Source: Sphingomonadales bacterium (GTDB lineage Bacteria > Pseudomonadota > Alphaproteobacteria > Sphingomonadales > Sphingomonadaceae). From it: a stretch of 57,946 bases of DNA. Where the stretch lies: the NCBI GenBank assembly GCA_043778865.1, contig JAYWFI010000146.1, positions 1-57,946 on the forward strand, in the 5' to 3' direction. The notes beneath the pieces were generated by a model. The model was not told the DNA's origin and ran no database searches. It saw only the letters and a list, made by a program, of their open reading frames with translations. Positions 1 to 10,975 of this stretch are shown one piece after another (position 1 is the stretch's first letter; each line of letters starts with the position of its first letter). A program made the translations under genes and the position numbers.

Positions 1-1843
1 CCCCGGATACACTTTTCATCCGGCATGGAATTCGACATTAAACGGCACTATGCTGCGCGCGGTAAGCGGCGATACAGTCTATGTATTTGCTGCAGGTAAC
101 GATGGTAGCACTCAGACGCGCAACATCGAATGGAACCAAGGCAGCAATGCGGCTTTGATTGTTGTGGGATCGATAAATCCTAACGAAACCATATCGTCTT
201 TCTCAAATCGTCCTGGATCCGCATGCTTTGTTCGCCGCGGCGTATGCACCGCAGGTAACGAATTAATGAACCGCTTTATCGTGGCTCCAGGTGAACTTAT
301 TTTGGTTTCCGATGGCCATGGCGGCGTAACCCGTATGTCGGGAACGTCTTTTGCCGCACCATTGGTATCGGGCGCCATCACCTTGCTGCATGACAGGTGG
401 CAGTGGCTAACCAAATATCCCAATGAAACTGCCGAAATTATTTTGTCGACCGCGCGGGATCTGGGCGCGCCTGGTGTTGATCCTATTTATGGCCGCGGTG
501 TACTGGACGTTCAAGCATCGCAGTCACCAATCAATTTTTCGTCACTCGAATTCTATGAATATGACAAGAAAACGGTTGGCAAAGGCAAAGCGCGTAACGT
601 TACAGAATTACGTAGCGGCGGCATATCCGGCGCGTGGGAAGCGGAAGAAACATTTTTCTATCTGATCGAAAAAATTGGCGCAACGCAGCGTGACTTTGCA
701 GTGCCGCTTTCAAAACGCTTGATCGGCCAAAAAACGAGCGTCAACGGCTCTGCGGAATATTTCCAATCCTATGTAAGCGCAAAGTTCCAGGATTGGATAA
801 AAAATGGCGGAAAGTTTAGCGACGTAGCAAGCTATACTGCGCCGGATCGCGGCGGTTGGAATTTTGCTATGCAGGCGTCTAATCCTGTTGCCATTGCCAA
901 TGGCCAGCGTATCGTTGCATTCCCGCAAACATCGCTTACTTTCTCGGATCCATCGGGGCGTTTAACACTTAGCGGCGGCCACGGAGAGGGTGTTCGCACA
1001 CTTTTGGGTGCTACAGGTTTCGGCCTTCGCAGCGATTACGATGTCAGCAATGGCGGCGTAAATCCTTTGCTTGGATTTGCATCGGGCGGCGCGTTTGTAG
1101 ACGCAGATGTTGCCATCGCACAGAATTTGAAAATCGCCGCTGGATTTACCGAAAAAACGCTCGACCATAGCCGCAATCCGTTATCGTCGCAGGCGCAGCG
1201 TCAAAATTTGATCGGCGTGGAATCCTACCGTGCAAATGCGTTTAATTTCCGGCTGACCCACAAAGCCAGCGATACTGCGACCTTCACACTTGGATATACC
1301 AAACTGCATGAATTAAACGGTTTGCTTGGTGTGCAATCCACCATGTCCAGCGATCTTGACGCAGGATCAAGCAGCGACACCATTACTTTGGGCGCAAATA
1401 TCGAGCTGCCGCAGAATTTCTCAATCGCAGCGTCGGCTACAGGAGCAGTTTCACGGGCCGCCCAAAACCAGTCTCTCAACACTGCGGGACGCGGCGTAAT
1501 AAGTTCCGCTTATTCCGTATCGCTGACTAAAAAGGGGTTCTTGGGCAAGAATGACTCTATCCGTCTTTCGTTCACACAGCCGCTACACATTGAAAAAGGC
1601 ACGATGGAGTTTACCTCTGTTCAAATCATAGACCGTTCAACCGGCGAACTTGGCGCAGTGACGCAGCGTTTCGATATCACCGAAAAAAGCCGGCGTTTAT
1701 CAAGCGAGATTTTATATTCTATACCGCTTACTAAAACAGGTGAGATGAGCCTGTTTGGCCGCGCCGACTACCGCCTTAATTCATCCAAATCACAAACTGT
1801 TGACGGATTGGTAATAGGTGGACGTGTAAGGTTAGCATTCTAG
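1..1843 (+). CDS. S8 subtilisin-like serine protease with C-terminal beta-rich (probable outer-membrane) domain, 5' truncated by window edge
   Basis: FAAGNDG oxyanion motif, catalytic SGTSFAAP, DLGAPGVDPIYGRG; frame is open upstream of 50 to the window start; ends in F like beta-barrel proteins. Confidence 0.85.
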   Translation, partial: PGYTFHPAWNSTLNGTMLRAVSGDTVYVFAAGNDGSTQTRNIEWNQGSNAALIVVGSINPNETISSFSNRPGSACFVRRGVCTAGNELMNRFIVAPGELILVSDGHGGVTRMSGTSFAAPLVSGAITLLHDRWQWLTKYPNETAEIILSTARDLGAPGVDPIYGRGVLDVQASQSPINFSSLEFYEYDKKTVGKGKARNVTELRSGGISGAWEAEETFFYLIEKIGATQRDFAVPLSKRLIGQKTSVNGSAEYFQSYVSAKFQDWIKNGGKFSDVASYTAPDRGGWNFAMQASNPVAIANGQRIVAFPQTSLTFSDPSGRLTLSGGHGEGVRTLLGATGFGLRSDYDVSNGGVNPLLGFASGGAFVDADVAIAQNLKIAAGFTEKTLDHSRNPLSSQAQRQNLIGVESYRANAFNFRLTHKASDTATFTLGYTKLHELNGLLGVQSTMSSDLDAGSSSDTITLGANIELPQNFSIAASATGAVSRAAQNQSLNTAGRGVISSAYSVSLTKKGFLGKNDSIRLSFTQPLHIEKGTMEFTSVQIIDRSTGELGAVTQRFDITEKSRRLSSEILYSIPLTKTGEMSLFGRADYRLNSSKSQTVDGLVIGGRVRLAF

Positions 1844-1889
1844 GTCATACTTCTCGGCCTAAGTATTAAGCTGAATGGGGGTAGTCAGA

Positions 1890-4505
1890 ATGAAAAGGGC
1901 AATACTATCGCTATATGCTTTAGTGTTTGCAGTGGCAGGAATTAGTCCTGTTGTTGCTGCCCCTAATTCGTCGCCCACTTCGCTTCAGAAAAAATTTGAC
2001 GCCGCAATCGCTGATACAAAGTCATCGATGATGACCAATCCTGAGGGCGCTCTTGTAACAGCAAAGAGTGCAGAGCGTATTGCAAGGTCAATGCAAGATA
2101 ATAACGCCGACATTTCGGTGGCCACAAGCCAGTGGTTAGAGGGCGAAGCTCTATCGCGCTTAAACCGGCCGGATGAAGCGGTGCCAATAAACAAAGCAGC
2201 CCTAAGTGTCGCAATTCAAAAACAGTCTGGATCAAAACTGCACGCTGATTTGGTAAAATCGAGCGCCATTATTGCTGCGAAATCGGGCCATGTTCAAGAA
2301 GCGCTTCCAAAACTACATCAAGCATTTTCAATATATCAGAAATTGGGAGATACCCGCAGCCAAGCAATTATTCTCCAGAACCTTGGCGGGATTTATAATG
2401 ATGCCCGCGATTATCCGCGGGCATTGCAATATTATGAGCAAGCACGAAACGTTCATAAGGATGATGTTTCGCTTAATGTTGCGTTGCATAACAATCGCGG
2501 CAACACATTAAAAGAGATGGGTAAATATCCAGAAGCGGCATCAGAATTTCGCGAGGCAATGCAAGTTGCCAAGGCAATGGACAGTCCTTTTCTGGAAATG
2601 CAGATCCTGTCCAACATAGCCCTTGTGGCGCAGCTTGATGGCAGAGTTGCCGATGCGCAGCAATCACTTGCAACAGGTATCAGGCAATCGGTTGGCGATG
2701 CCGCAGAATGGCGCCCATATTTTTACGGAATAGGCGCAAAAATTGCTTTCGAAAAAGGTGATTTGGCCGGTGCCAAGACATTTATCGACCAAGCTTTTTC
2801 AGGTGTCGACCTGAAATCATCAACAGCGCCGATGCGTGATATGCATGAAACGGCTTATAAAATTTATCAGCGATTGGGGCAATTCGATCTTGCGCTCGCA
2901 CATTTGGAGGCGTTTAAGCGGCTTGATGATGATGGCTTGGAGCTTGCCGCATCTACGAATAACGCTCTTATTGGCGCGCAGTTCGATATTGCCAACCAGC
3001 GCACGCACATTGCAAAGTTAGAAGCACAAAAAGTGCAGCGCGAATTGGTGTTGGCGCGTTCTGAAACACGCATCCGCGGCCTTACCCAATATGCTGTTTT
3101 GGGTTCAATTGCCGCGGCCTCCGTTATTATAGCCATGATGTTTGCCGCCGCCGCATCACGCCGCCGCAGGCGGGAAGTAAGCGCAGCAAATGTGCAGCTT
3201 ACCTATGCCGCTAGCCATGATTTGCTTACGGGACTTGCCAATCGTTTTCAGTTTCGTAAGCTTGTAGAAGACGCATTGACGGTTGCCGCAGAGCAAGATC
3301 AGCGCTGTGCATTGTTGCTTATCGATCTTGACCGTTTCAAATGGGTCAATGATACGATGGGGCATAATGCAGGCGATGAATTGTTATGCCAAATTGCCAA
3401 TAGTCTTCGTAAAATAGCAGGCGATCACTCGCATGCTGTAAGGCTTGGCGGAGATGAATTTGCGATCGTTGTACCCGGCGCGCCAAATGATGCCGAATTG
3501 CTTGATTTGGCCAATATTATTATTGGCCAGTTAAGTCAGCCGCATGACATTGAAGGCGCGCACATCGCGGTTGGTGCAACTGTTGGTATCGCGGTTGGGC
3601 CGCATGACGGCACCTGCGTTAAAGATTTGACCCGCAACGCCGACCTTGCCCTGTACAACGGTAAGGCAGCTGGCCGAAACCGAGCGATACGTTTTGTTCG
3701 CGCGATGGAGGAGATTGTTGATGAACGCCGCGCGCTTGAAGCAGACCTGCGCGATGCACTTGAAAAAGGGCAGTTATCGCTGGCCTATCAATCGATTGTC
3801 GATGCACGTAGCGAGATCATCGTAGGATATGAAGCGTTACTACGCTGGAAACATCCAGTGCGCGGGAACATTTCTCCTGCCATTTTTGTCCCGATAGCTG
3901 AAGAAGCGGGCTTAATAAACGAGATTGGCAATTGGGTGCTACACACCGCATGCGTCGAAGCAAAAAAATGGCCTGACCATGTTCGGCTTGCGGTCAATTT
4001 GTCTTCGTTACAGGTTGAGGGACAGGGATTGGTGGCGTGCCTTATCAATGCGTTGGCTTCAAGCGGATTTGAGCCAGCACGGCTTGAATTGGAGGTAACC
4101 GAAAGTGTATTTTTGCGGGAAGAGAATAAAACGGACGAAACGCTTGCCCGCATACGTGCCATTGGCGTTAGCTTGGTCTTGGATGATTTTGGCACAGGAT
4201 ATTCCTCGCTTGGCTATCTGCGCCGAGCGTCGTTCTCAACGATTAAGATAGACCGTAATTTTGTTAAATCTGCCACCGCTGGCTCGAAAGATAGTCTTGC
4301 GATCATTCGCGCCATCGTTTCAATGGCACATGACCTTGGCATGAAAACTACCGCCGAAGGTATCGAGGCAAACGAAGAAGTTACCTTAATGCGCGAGCTG
4401 GGTTGTACGCAGTTGCAGGGATATCTTTACTCTCGCCCTTCGTCAGTTCCCAGCGAGAGCACATCGGATATGTGGTTTGGAGAAAGCCGCAGAGCAGCGG
4501 GTTAA
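1890..4505 (+). CDS. TPR-sensor GGDEF-EAL c-di-GMP signalling protein
   Basis: Signal peptide, TPR repeats, one TM helix, intact GGDEF, EAL and DDFGTGYSS motifs; start may be 1875. Confidence 0.9.
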   Translation: MKRAILSLYALVFAVAGISPVVAAPNSSPTSLQKKFDAAIADTKSSMMTNPEGALVTAKSAERIARSMQDNNADISVATSQWLEGEALSRLNRPDEAVPINKAALSVAIQKQSGSKLHADLVKSSAIIAAKSGHVQEALPKLHQAFSIYQKLGDTRSQAIILQNLGGIYNDARDYPRALQYYEQARNVHKDDVSLNVALHNNRGNTLKEMGKYPEAASEFREAMQVAKAMDSPFLEMQILSNIALVAQLDGRVADAQQSLATGIRQSVGDAAEWRPYFYGIGAKIAFEKGDLAGAKTFIDQAFSGVDLKSSTAPMRDMHETAYKIYQRLGQFDLALAHLEAFKRLDDDGLELAASTNNALIGAQFDIANQRTHIAKLEAQKVQRELVLARSETRIRGLTQYAVLGSIAAASVIIAMMFAAAASRRRRREVSAANVQLTYAASHDLLTGLANRFQFRKLVEDALTVAAEQDQRCALLLIDLDRFKWVNDTMGHNAGDELLCQIANSLRKIAGDHSHAVRLGGDEFAIVVPGAPNDAELLDLANIIIGQLSQPHDIEGAHIAVGATVGIAVGPHDGTCVKDLTRNADLALYNGKAAGRNRAIRFVRAMEEIVDERRALEADLRDALEKGQLSLAYQSIVDARSEIIVGYEALLRWKHPVRGNISPAIFVPIAEEAGLINEIGNWVLHTACVEAKKWPDHVRLAVNLSSLQVEGQGLVACLINALASSGFEPARLELEVTESVFLREENKTDETLARIRAIGVSLVLDDFGTGYSSLGYLRRASFSTIKIDRNFVKSATAGSKDSLAIIRAIVSMAHDLGMKTTAEGIEANEEVTLMRELGCTQLQGYLYSRPSSVPSESTSDMWFGESRRAAG

Positions 4506-4574
4506 ATCGCTACTAAACCCGCGCGATAATCGCTGCGTAGCAGGCTTGACCATCACGGATACTCTAAACCCAGT

Positions 4575-5459
4575 TTACATAGCGCGCATTTTTTTGATCG
4601 TATCCCAGCTAAATAGGATCAACGCGGTCCAGATTAAAATAAAGCTGATAAGCCGCATATCCGGCAATGGTTCATGGTACAAAAACACCCCCAACAAAAA
4701 TGATATTGTCGGGCCGATATATTGGATAAATCCTATAACACTGTACGGCATACGGCGCGCAGCAGTGGCAAATAGCAATAATGGTATCGCGGTAATTGCG
4801 CCGCCCGCCACAAGCAGCGTTGTGGTGAAGCCGTCGCTTCCCCAGCCCCGAATAGTGTCATCGTGCGCAAACCAGATCGCAGCAAACATGGCGATAGGCA
4901 TCAATAATGTGGTTTCCACCGCGAGCCCCGGTATGGCGCCCACAGGCGCGAATTTACGCACCACGCCGTAAAAACAAAAAAGACTGGCGAGCGATATGCT
5001 GATCCATAAAGTGCCCGGTTCGCCCACCGCCAAAACTAACACACCTATCACCGCAATGCCGACGGCGGTCCATTGGATGCGGTTTAATGTCTCACCCAAA
5101 AATAACGTGCCAACCAGAATATTTAACAAAGGGTTCAAATAATATCCAAGGCTTGATGCAAGGATATGGCCATTGATCACGGCCCACACATATAATATCC
5201 AATTCCCGGAAATTAACAGCGCGCTGAGCGCCATCCACCGAAGCGTCTTAAACGATGTAATCGCGCTCCAGAATTCTGGTAACTGCCTGCGCAATGCCAT
5301 AATCGCGCATAACAACGGTACTGCCCACAAAGCACGGTGCGCGATAATTTCCATTGCGGGAACCCCGGACAGCTGCCGGAAAAATAGCGGCATGAACCCC
5401 CACATGGTATACGCGGTTATCGCGGCAATGAATGCGCCTTTATCTATTCTATTTTCCAT
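4575..5459 (-). CDS. rarD: EamA/RarD family transporter
   Basis: SLGYYLNPL and GFIQYIGPT motifs, about 10 TM segments. Confidence 0.9.
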   Translation of the reverse strand: MENRIDKGAFIAAITAYTMWGFMPLFFRQLSGVPAMEIIAHRALWAVPLLCAIMALRRQLPEFWSAITSFKTLRWMALSALLISGNWILYVWAVINGHILASSLGYYLNPLLNILVGTLFLGETLNRIQWTAVGIAVIGVLVLAVGEPGTLWISISLASLFCFYGVVRKFAPVGAIPGLAVETTLLMPIAMFAAIWFAHDDTIRGWGSDGFTTTLLVAGGAITAIPLLLFATAARRMPYSVIGFIQYIGPTISFLLGVFLYHEPLPDMRLISFILIWTALILFSWDTIKKMRAM

Positions 5460-5465
5460 AGCTCA

Positions 5466-6533
5466 CTAAATTCGGGCAATAACGGCGGCGCCCATTTGCG
5501 CCGTTGTGGCATTGCCGCCAATATCGCTGCTGCGAATGCCGTCATCCAGCGCCAGTGATACCGCCGCCTCAATTCGGGTGGCCAGATCGGGGCGATCCAG
5601 ACTGTACCGCATTGCCATCGCAAGGCTGAGGATCGACGCGCATGGATTGGCGATACCGCGCCCAGCAATATCGGGGGCCGATCCGTGAATAGGTTCATAA
5701 AGTCCCGGCCGTCCGTCATCGCCGAGCGCCGCAGACGGCATCATGCCCAGCGATCCGGTTAGCATCGCGGCTTCGTCCGCCAAAATATCACCGAACAGAT
5801 TATCGGTAACAATGACGTCAAATTGCTTGGGTGCCTTCACCAACTGCATGGCCATATTGTCAGCCAGCATATGATCAAGCACAATATCAGGATAGGCGTC
5901 ATCGCGCAGCTTTTGCACTTCTTCACGCCATAGCAAACCCGCCTCCATCACATTTGATTTTTCCGCCGAGCACACGCGTCCTGAGCGCAGCCGCGTCAGC
6001 CGAAATGCGGTATCCGCTACGCGCCGGATTTCGCTGCTAGTGTAGACATGCGTGTTTACCCCGCGCCGCTCTCCATTGCCCAAATCCTCAATCCCGCGCG
6101 GATGCCCGAAATACACACCGCCTGTCAATTCGCGTACGAACAACAAGTTTAGTCCTTCGACAAATTCGCGTTTCAAACTGGACGCATCGGCCAGCGCATC
6201 GAAACAGATCGCGGGGCGCAAATTGGCATAGACATCCATTGCACTGCGCAGCGCCAGCAATCCGGCTTCAGGCCGTTTGTCGTATGCCGTGCCCGCCCAT
6301 TTCGGCCCGCCCACTGCGCCCATCAAGACGGCATTCGATGCCAGAGCCTTTTGCTTGGTTTCCTCGGTTAAAGGCACACCGTGCGCATCGATCGATGCAC
6401 CGCCAAACAGCGCTTCGTGGGCCTGCACATCCAGGTTTTCATGCGTGTTCAAATGTTCGACCAGCAAGCGGCTTTGCGCCGTAACCTCGGGGCCAATGCC
6501 GTCACCGGGAAGCAGCAGGAGAGTGTGTTTCAT
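5466..6533 (-). CDS. leuB: 3-isopropylmalate dehydrogenase
   Basis: LPGDGIGPEV, NLFGDILADEA, EPIHGSAPDIAG. Confidence 0.97.
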   Translation of the reverse strand: MKHTLLLLPGDGIGPEVTAQSRLLVEHLNTHENLDVQAHEALFGGASIDAHGVPLTEETKQKALASNAVLMGAVGGPKWAGTAYDKRPEAGLLALRSAMDVYANLRPAICFDALADASSLKREFVEGLNLLFVRELTGGVYFGHPRGIEDLGNGERRGVNTHVYTSSEIRRVADTAFRLTRLRSGRVCSAEKSNVMEAGLLWREEVQKLRDDAYPDIVLDHMLADNMAMQLVKAPKQFDVIVTDNLFGDILADEAAMLTGSLGMMPSAALGDDGRPGLYEPIHGSAPDIAGRGIANPCASILSLAMAMRYSLDRPDLATRIEAAVSLALDDGIRSSDIGGNATTAQMGAAVIARI

Positions 6534-6575
6534 ATGGTAACCTCTATTTATTGTCGTATTTCTATCCGGAGTACA

Positions 6576-6622
6576 GAGCCTGCCGGTGATCGCTTATCCG
6601 CCAGGCACCCACCGGCAGGCTC
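6576..6622. repeat. Intergenic 13-bp perfect inverted repeat between leuD and leuB
   Basis: GAGCCTGCCGGTG (6576-6588) / CACCGGCAGGCTC (6610-6622), 21-nt loop. Confidence 0.6.
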
Positions 6623-6636
6623 CGGACTACGGTACT

Positions 6637-7239
6637 TTAGGATAGGTTAGACAGGTCTGCTTTTAACCACGGGCGTTCAGCGTATATTTTTGCTTCATAC
6701 GCGGCAATGTCGGCATCTTTTGCCTCGGTAAGACCGATTTCATCCAGCCCGCCCAGCAGGCACGCCTTGCGAAACGGATCGATATCAAAGGCAAAACGGT
6801 CTTGATAGTGCGTCGTGACCATCTGCGTTTCCAGATCAACGGTGATGTCGCAGTCGGCCGCCACGATCATCAAACGGTCGATTTGATCCTGCGGCAGAGC
6901 GACGAGCAGGATGCCATTCTTAAACGCGTTACTGGCAAATATATCGGCAAAGCTGGGCGCGATTACGATGCGTATGCCAAGGTCGGCTATGGCCCATGGT
7001 GCATGTTCGCGGCTGGATCCGCAGCCAAAATTGTCGCCCGCAATCAGGATCGGCGCATTTACGTGGCGCGGCTGATCGAAGATATTAGCGGGATTTTTGC
7101 GCAAATCGGAAAATGCCCCCTTACCAAGGCCCGCCCTGCTGATAGTTTTTAAGTACCGCGCCGGGATGATGATATCGGTATCAACATTACGCTGACCAAA
7201 AGGAATCGCGATTCCGGTAACGTTTGTGATCGGCTTCAT
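6637..7239 (-). CDS. leuD: 3-isopropylmalate dehydratase small subunit
   Basis: [24 protein letters not shown]; start re-set to ATG 7239 overlapping the leuC stop (ATGA). Confidence 0.96.
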   Translation of the reverse strand: MKPITNVTGIAIPFGQRNVDTDIIIPARYLKTISRAGLGKGAFSDLRKNPANIFDQPRHVNAPILIAGDNFGCGSSREHAPWAIADLGIRIVIAPSFADIFASNAFKNGILLVALPQDQIDRLMIVAADCDITVDLETQMVTTHYQDRFAFDIDPFRKACLLGGLDEIGLTEAKDADIAAYEAKIYAERPWLKADLSNLS

Positions 7240-8687
7240 ACCTGCGCTTCCTCGCCATTGCGCGCGCCGCCCATTGCCCAACCGCGGATGTCGGTAAGCC
7301 GTCCAGTAATCGCCGCTGCGGCTGCCATCGCAGGAGACAATAAATGCGTGCGTGCACCTGGGCCCTGGCGGCCTACAAAATTGCGGTTTGATGTGGAGGC
7401 ACATCGTTCGCCCGCCGGAATTTTATCAGGGTTCATGCCCAAACACATTGAACAACCCGGCTCGCGCCAATCAAATCCAGCCGCGATAAACACCGCATCT
7501 AGCCCTTCTTGCTCGGCCTGCGCTTTAACTAAGCCTGACCCCGGTACAATCAACGCTTGTTTGATACTGTCATGTACTTTGCGGCCGCGTACAACAGAGG
7601 CCGCCACGCGAAGGTCTTCGATCCGGCTGTTAGTACACGAACCGATGAAAATATTTTGTACTGGAATTTCCGACATTAATGTTCCTGCACTTAGCCCCAT
7701 GTAATCGAGCGATGCCTGCGCTGCGGCTTGTTTTGACGGGTCTGTAAAAGACGCTGGATTAGGCACAGTGCCATCGATTGCCACCACGTCTTCAGGGCTA
7801 GTTCCCCATGTAACCAAAGGTGCGACCCCATTAAGATTGATCACTACAGTTTTATCATACACCGCGCCATCATCGCTGGGCAGGGTTTGCCAATAAGACA
7901 GGGCCGCATCCCAGTTCGCTCCCTTGGGGGCACGCGCCCGGCCCTCCACATAGGCATAGGTTTTATCATCAGGGGCAACCAGTCCAGCACGCGCGCCTGC
8001 CTCAATTGACATATTGCACAATGTCATCCGGCCTTCGATGGATAGATCGCGAACCGCTTGCCCGGTATATTCCATGACATAGCCTGTGCCGCCCGCCGTG
8101 CCCAATTGCCTTGTTACCGTCAGCGCCATATCCTTGGCAGACAAGCTATTATCAAGTGCGCCTTCAAACCGGACCTCCATGCTTTTGGAACGGCGAAGCA
8201 GCAGCGTTTGCGTAGCGAGAACATGCTCAATCTCTGATGTGCCAATTCCAAAAGCTAGCGCGCCCAATGCGCCGTGCGTCGATGTGTGGCTATCGCCGCA
8301 AACTAACGTCACACCGGGCAGCGTAAAGCCTTGTTCGGGACCAACAACATGCACAATGCCTTGACGCCTGTCGTCCATGGGCAACATCTCCACACCAAAT
8401 TCGGCGCAGTTGCGAACAAGCGTGGCAACCTGCAAAGCCGACTCCGCATCGGCAATCGGTGCGCCTCTGTCTGTGGTGGGCACATTGTGATCGGGCACCG
8501 CCAAGATCAGATCCGGGCGGCGTAGCTTACGTCCGGCAAGCCGCAGCCCTTCAAATGCTTGGGGCGTGGTAACTTCGTGCGCCAAATGACGGTCAATCCA
8601 AATCAGGCAAGTGCCATCTGCTTGCTGGGATATAATATGCGCATCCCAGATTTTTTCGTATAATGTTTTGGTATCCGTCTTTGTCAT
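7236..8687 (-). CDS. leuC: 3-isopropylmalate dehydratase large subunit
   Basis: [42 protein letters not shown]. Confidence 0.97.
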   Translation of the reverse strand: MTKTDTKTLYEKIWDAHIISQQADGTCLIWIDRHLAHEVTTPQAFEGLRLAGRKLRRPDLILAVPDHNVPTTDRGAPIADAESALQVATLVRNCAEFGVEMLPMDDRRQGIVHVVGPEQGFTLPGVTLVCGDSHTSTHGALGALAFGIGTSEIEHVLATQTLLLRRSKSMEVRFEGALDNSLSAKDMALTVTRQLGTAGGTGYVMEYTGQAVRDLSIEGRMTLCNMSIEAGARAGLVAPDDKTYAYVEGRARAPKGANWDAALSYWQTLPSDDGAVYDKTVVINLNGVAPLVTWGTSPEDVVAIDGTVPNPASFTDPSKQAAAQASLDYMGLSAGTLMSEIPVQNIFIGSCTNSRIEDLRVAASVVRGRKVHDSIKQALIVPGSGLVKAQAEQEGLDAVFIAAGFDWREPGCSMCLGMNPDKIPAGERCASTSNRNFVGRQGPGARTHLLSPAMAAAAAITGRLTDIRGWAMGGARNGEEAQV

Positions 8688-8767
8688 TCGAGCTTCATAG
8701 GCAAGATTGACGTAATTTAACACTGCATTTATTGTGTGCAGCTTAGCCGCCTCTGCTTTTATGAACC

Positions 8768-9166
8768 TTACCGCCGCGACAATGCATTAACACATGCTGC
8801 CCGGTCAACTTCTGCGCCGTCACTTCGTCTTGCATCAATGTAGGTGACCAATTCAGGCCCGTTCTTGGCAGACGCATATAGATACGTATCCAGTACGCAT
8901 GCTGGTCCGGAAAATTGCAACTTGCGTCCGTTTACCTCAACCACATCCAGCCGAGGTTCGCCAAACATCCGTTTCAATGTTGCGGCATCTTTGCCCATTA
9001 CCGCTTCTAATCCCCGCGTAGTTACAGGCGGAGCAATATAAGTAGTTGGTCGTTCTGTTTTTTGCCGCTTTGCAGGTACTGCCGCTTTGGGTGCCGACAC
9101 ACATGCTGACAATACAAGCACAAGTATAGCTAATAGGTAGATTTTTGGCATAAATTCCTGTGTCAT
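8768..9166 (-). CDS. Lipoprotein of unknown function
   Basis: Lipobox LSAC after hydrophobic stretch; ATGA overlap with upstream gene. Confidence 0.75.
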   Translation of the reverse strand: MTQEFMPKIYLLAILVLVLSACVSAPKAAVPAKRQKTERPTTYIAPPVTTRGLEAVMGKDAATLKRMFGEPRLDVVEVNGRKLQFSGPACVLDTYLYASAKNGPELVTYIDARRSDGAEVDRAACVNALSRR

Positions 9167-9837
9167 GTACCGAGTTTCAAATGCGTCATATGCACCGCCA
9201 TAGCCACTGCGACAACCGGAACTATCAAATTTACAAACGGCAACAGCATCGCCGCGGTACCAAGCAGGCCCAATATCAAGCGCGGCCATTTGGAAAACCC
9301 GCCTTGGCTTTTAGCATAGTTTGGGCCGTAACGCACCAGCAGCATATCCTCTAAATCGCGGCCTAATAGTAATCCGTTCACAAACAGAAACGCAATTGCC
9401 GGTCCTATTCCTGTAACCAGCAGCACAACATAAAGCGGAATTGCGAGCAGGTTATATCCCAAAGCGCGGCCCACCGAACGCAGTGCTAATGATGCTGATT
9501 TTGCGGTACCGGGACGCTGGCTTGTTTTGGCGGCATCGGGATAATGGCGGAGCTCAGTGGCTTCAGCAATATCATCGGAGAAAAACCATAATGCCGCAAT
9601 CGCCGCGGCGCGCCACAGCACCCAGCCGGCAAGCACCATGATCATAAATGCTGCGAAGGCAGCTATGCCACTGGACTGTGCCGTATATTTTTCCAACATC
9701 CATTCTATGCCAAACCATAACACTATGCCAGACGATGCAAACGCAGCGATGGTTACAACAAGGCTTTTGAATAACACGCTCAGTATTCGCCGGTCGGATA
9801 GGCTTTGCAGGGACAATATGAATGCGCGCGCCATCAT
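9163..9837 (-). CDS. EI24/CysZ-like membrane protein
   Basis: Four hydrophobic segments, LLPFVNLIVPV motif. Confidence 0.7.
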   Translation of the reverse strand: MMARAFILSLQSLSDRRILSVLFKSLVVTIAAFASSGIVLWFGIEWMLEKYTAQSSGIAAFAAFMIMVLAGWVLWRAAAIAALWFFSDDIAEATELRHYPDAAKTSQRPGTAKSASLALRSVGRALGYNLLAIPLYVVLLVTGIGPAIAFLFVNGLLLGRDLEDMLLVRYGPNYAKSQGGFSKWPRLILGLLGTAAMLLPFVNLIVPVVAVAMAVHMTHLKLGT

Positions 9838-9957
9838 GCGTTATACATATCTTTATGTCGAGAATGGTCAACGATGTTAGCGTGCATGTGCTAATCTCTT
9901 GCTGTATTGTATCTATGGCTTTAGAGCGCGCAAGACAAAAAATTTCAAGGATTATAG

Positions 9958-10953
9958 ATGACTGACGCGCGTTATGATGTACTGGCCATTGGCAATGCAA
10001 TTGTGGATGTAATCTCCGATACAACAGATACTTTTATTGCGGCAGAGGGCCTTACCAAAGGCGGGATGCAGTTAATCGATACCGCCCGGGCAAGCCAGTT
10101 ATATGACGCTATGGGACCTGCGCGGGAGATTAGCGGCGGATCAGCGGCAAATACACTTGCGGGGCTTGCCGCATTGGGCAGAAAATGCGCGTTTATTGGC
10201 CAGGTCGCGGACGATCAACTGGGCGAAGTCTTTGCGCACGACATCCGCGCCGCCGGTATCGATTTTGATGTACCCGCCCGCACCGAACATCCGCCTACCG
10301 CGCGCTGTCTTATCTTGGTCACTCCAGATGCGCAGCGCACGATGAATACTTTTTTGGGCGCGTCACAATATCTCGCTGCGCCGCTGATTGATCAGGCGCT
10401 GATTGAAAGCGCAGCGATCCTGTATCTCGAAGGGTATTTGTGGGATCCAGAAGAACCGCGCGCCGCTATGCGTGCCGCGATCGGCCATGCCCGTGCCGCC
10501 GGACGCAAGGTTGCGTTTACGCTTTCCGATGCGTTTGTGATCGATCGTCACCGCGATGATTTTCTCGCGCTGATAAACGAGGGCATGATCGATATCCTGT
10601 TCGCAAATGAAACCGAGATCTGCTCGCTTAATCAAACCGAGGATTTTGAAGCCGCCGTTGCGATCAGCGCCGCAAATGTACCGTTGCTAGTGGTGACAAA
10701 GGGCGAGCATGGCGCAATCGCTGTACAAGACGGCACGCGCTACACCGTTGCTGCGCAGCCTGCCGCTCGACTTGTCGATACCACAGGAGCAGGCGATTTA
10801 TTTGCCGCTGGCGTGCTTGCTGGCCTTGCCGAAGGACGCGATATCACCGCTTGCCTAACCACGGGCGCAGTATGTGCAGCAGAGATTATCTCTCACTACG
10901 GCGCGCGTCCTGAAGCCGACATAAACGCGCTAGTCGCTGCGCAGCTTGGTTAA
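9958..10953 (+). CDS. PfkB family carbohydrate (adenosine) kinase
   Basis: GGSAANT, DTTGAGDLFAAG. Confidence 0.92.
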   Translation: MTDARYDVLAIGNAIVDVISDTTDTFIAAEGLTKGGMQLIDTARASQLYDAMGPAREISGGSAANTLAGLAALGRKCAFIGQVADDQLGEVFAHDIRAAGIDFDVPARTEHPPTARCLILVTPDAQRTMNTFLGASQYLAAPLIDQALIESAAILYLEGYLWDPEEPRAAMRAAIGHARAAGRKVAFTLSDAFVIDRHRDDFLALINEGMIDILFANETEICSLNQTEDFEAAVAISAANVPLLVVTKGEHGAIAVQDGTRYTVAAQPAARLVDTTGAGDLFAAGVLAGLAEGRDITACLTTGAVCAAEIISHYGARPEADINALVAAQLG

Positions 10954-10975
10954 AGCTGCGCGGACCGGTCGTTCC

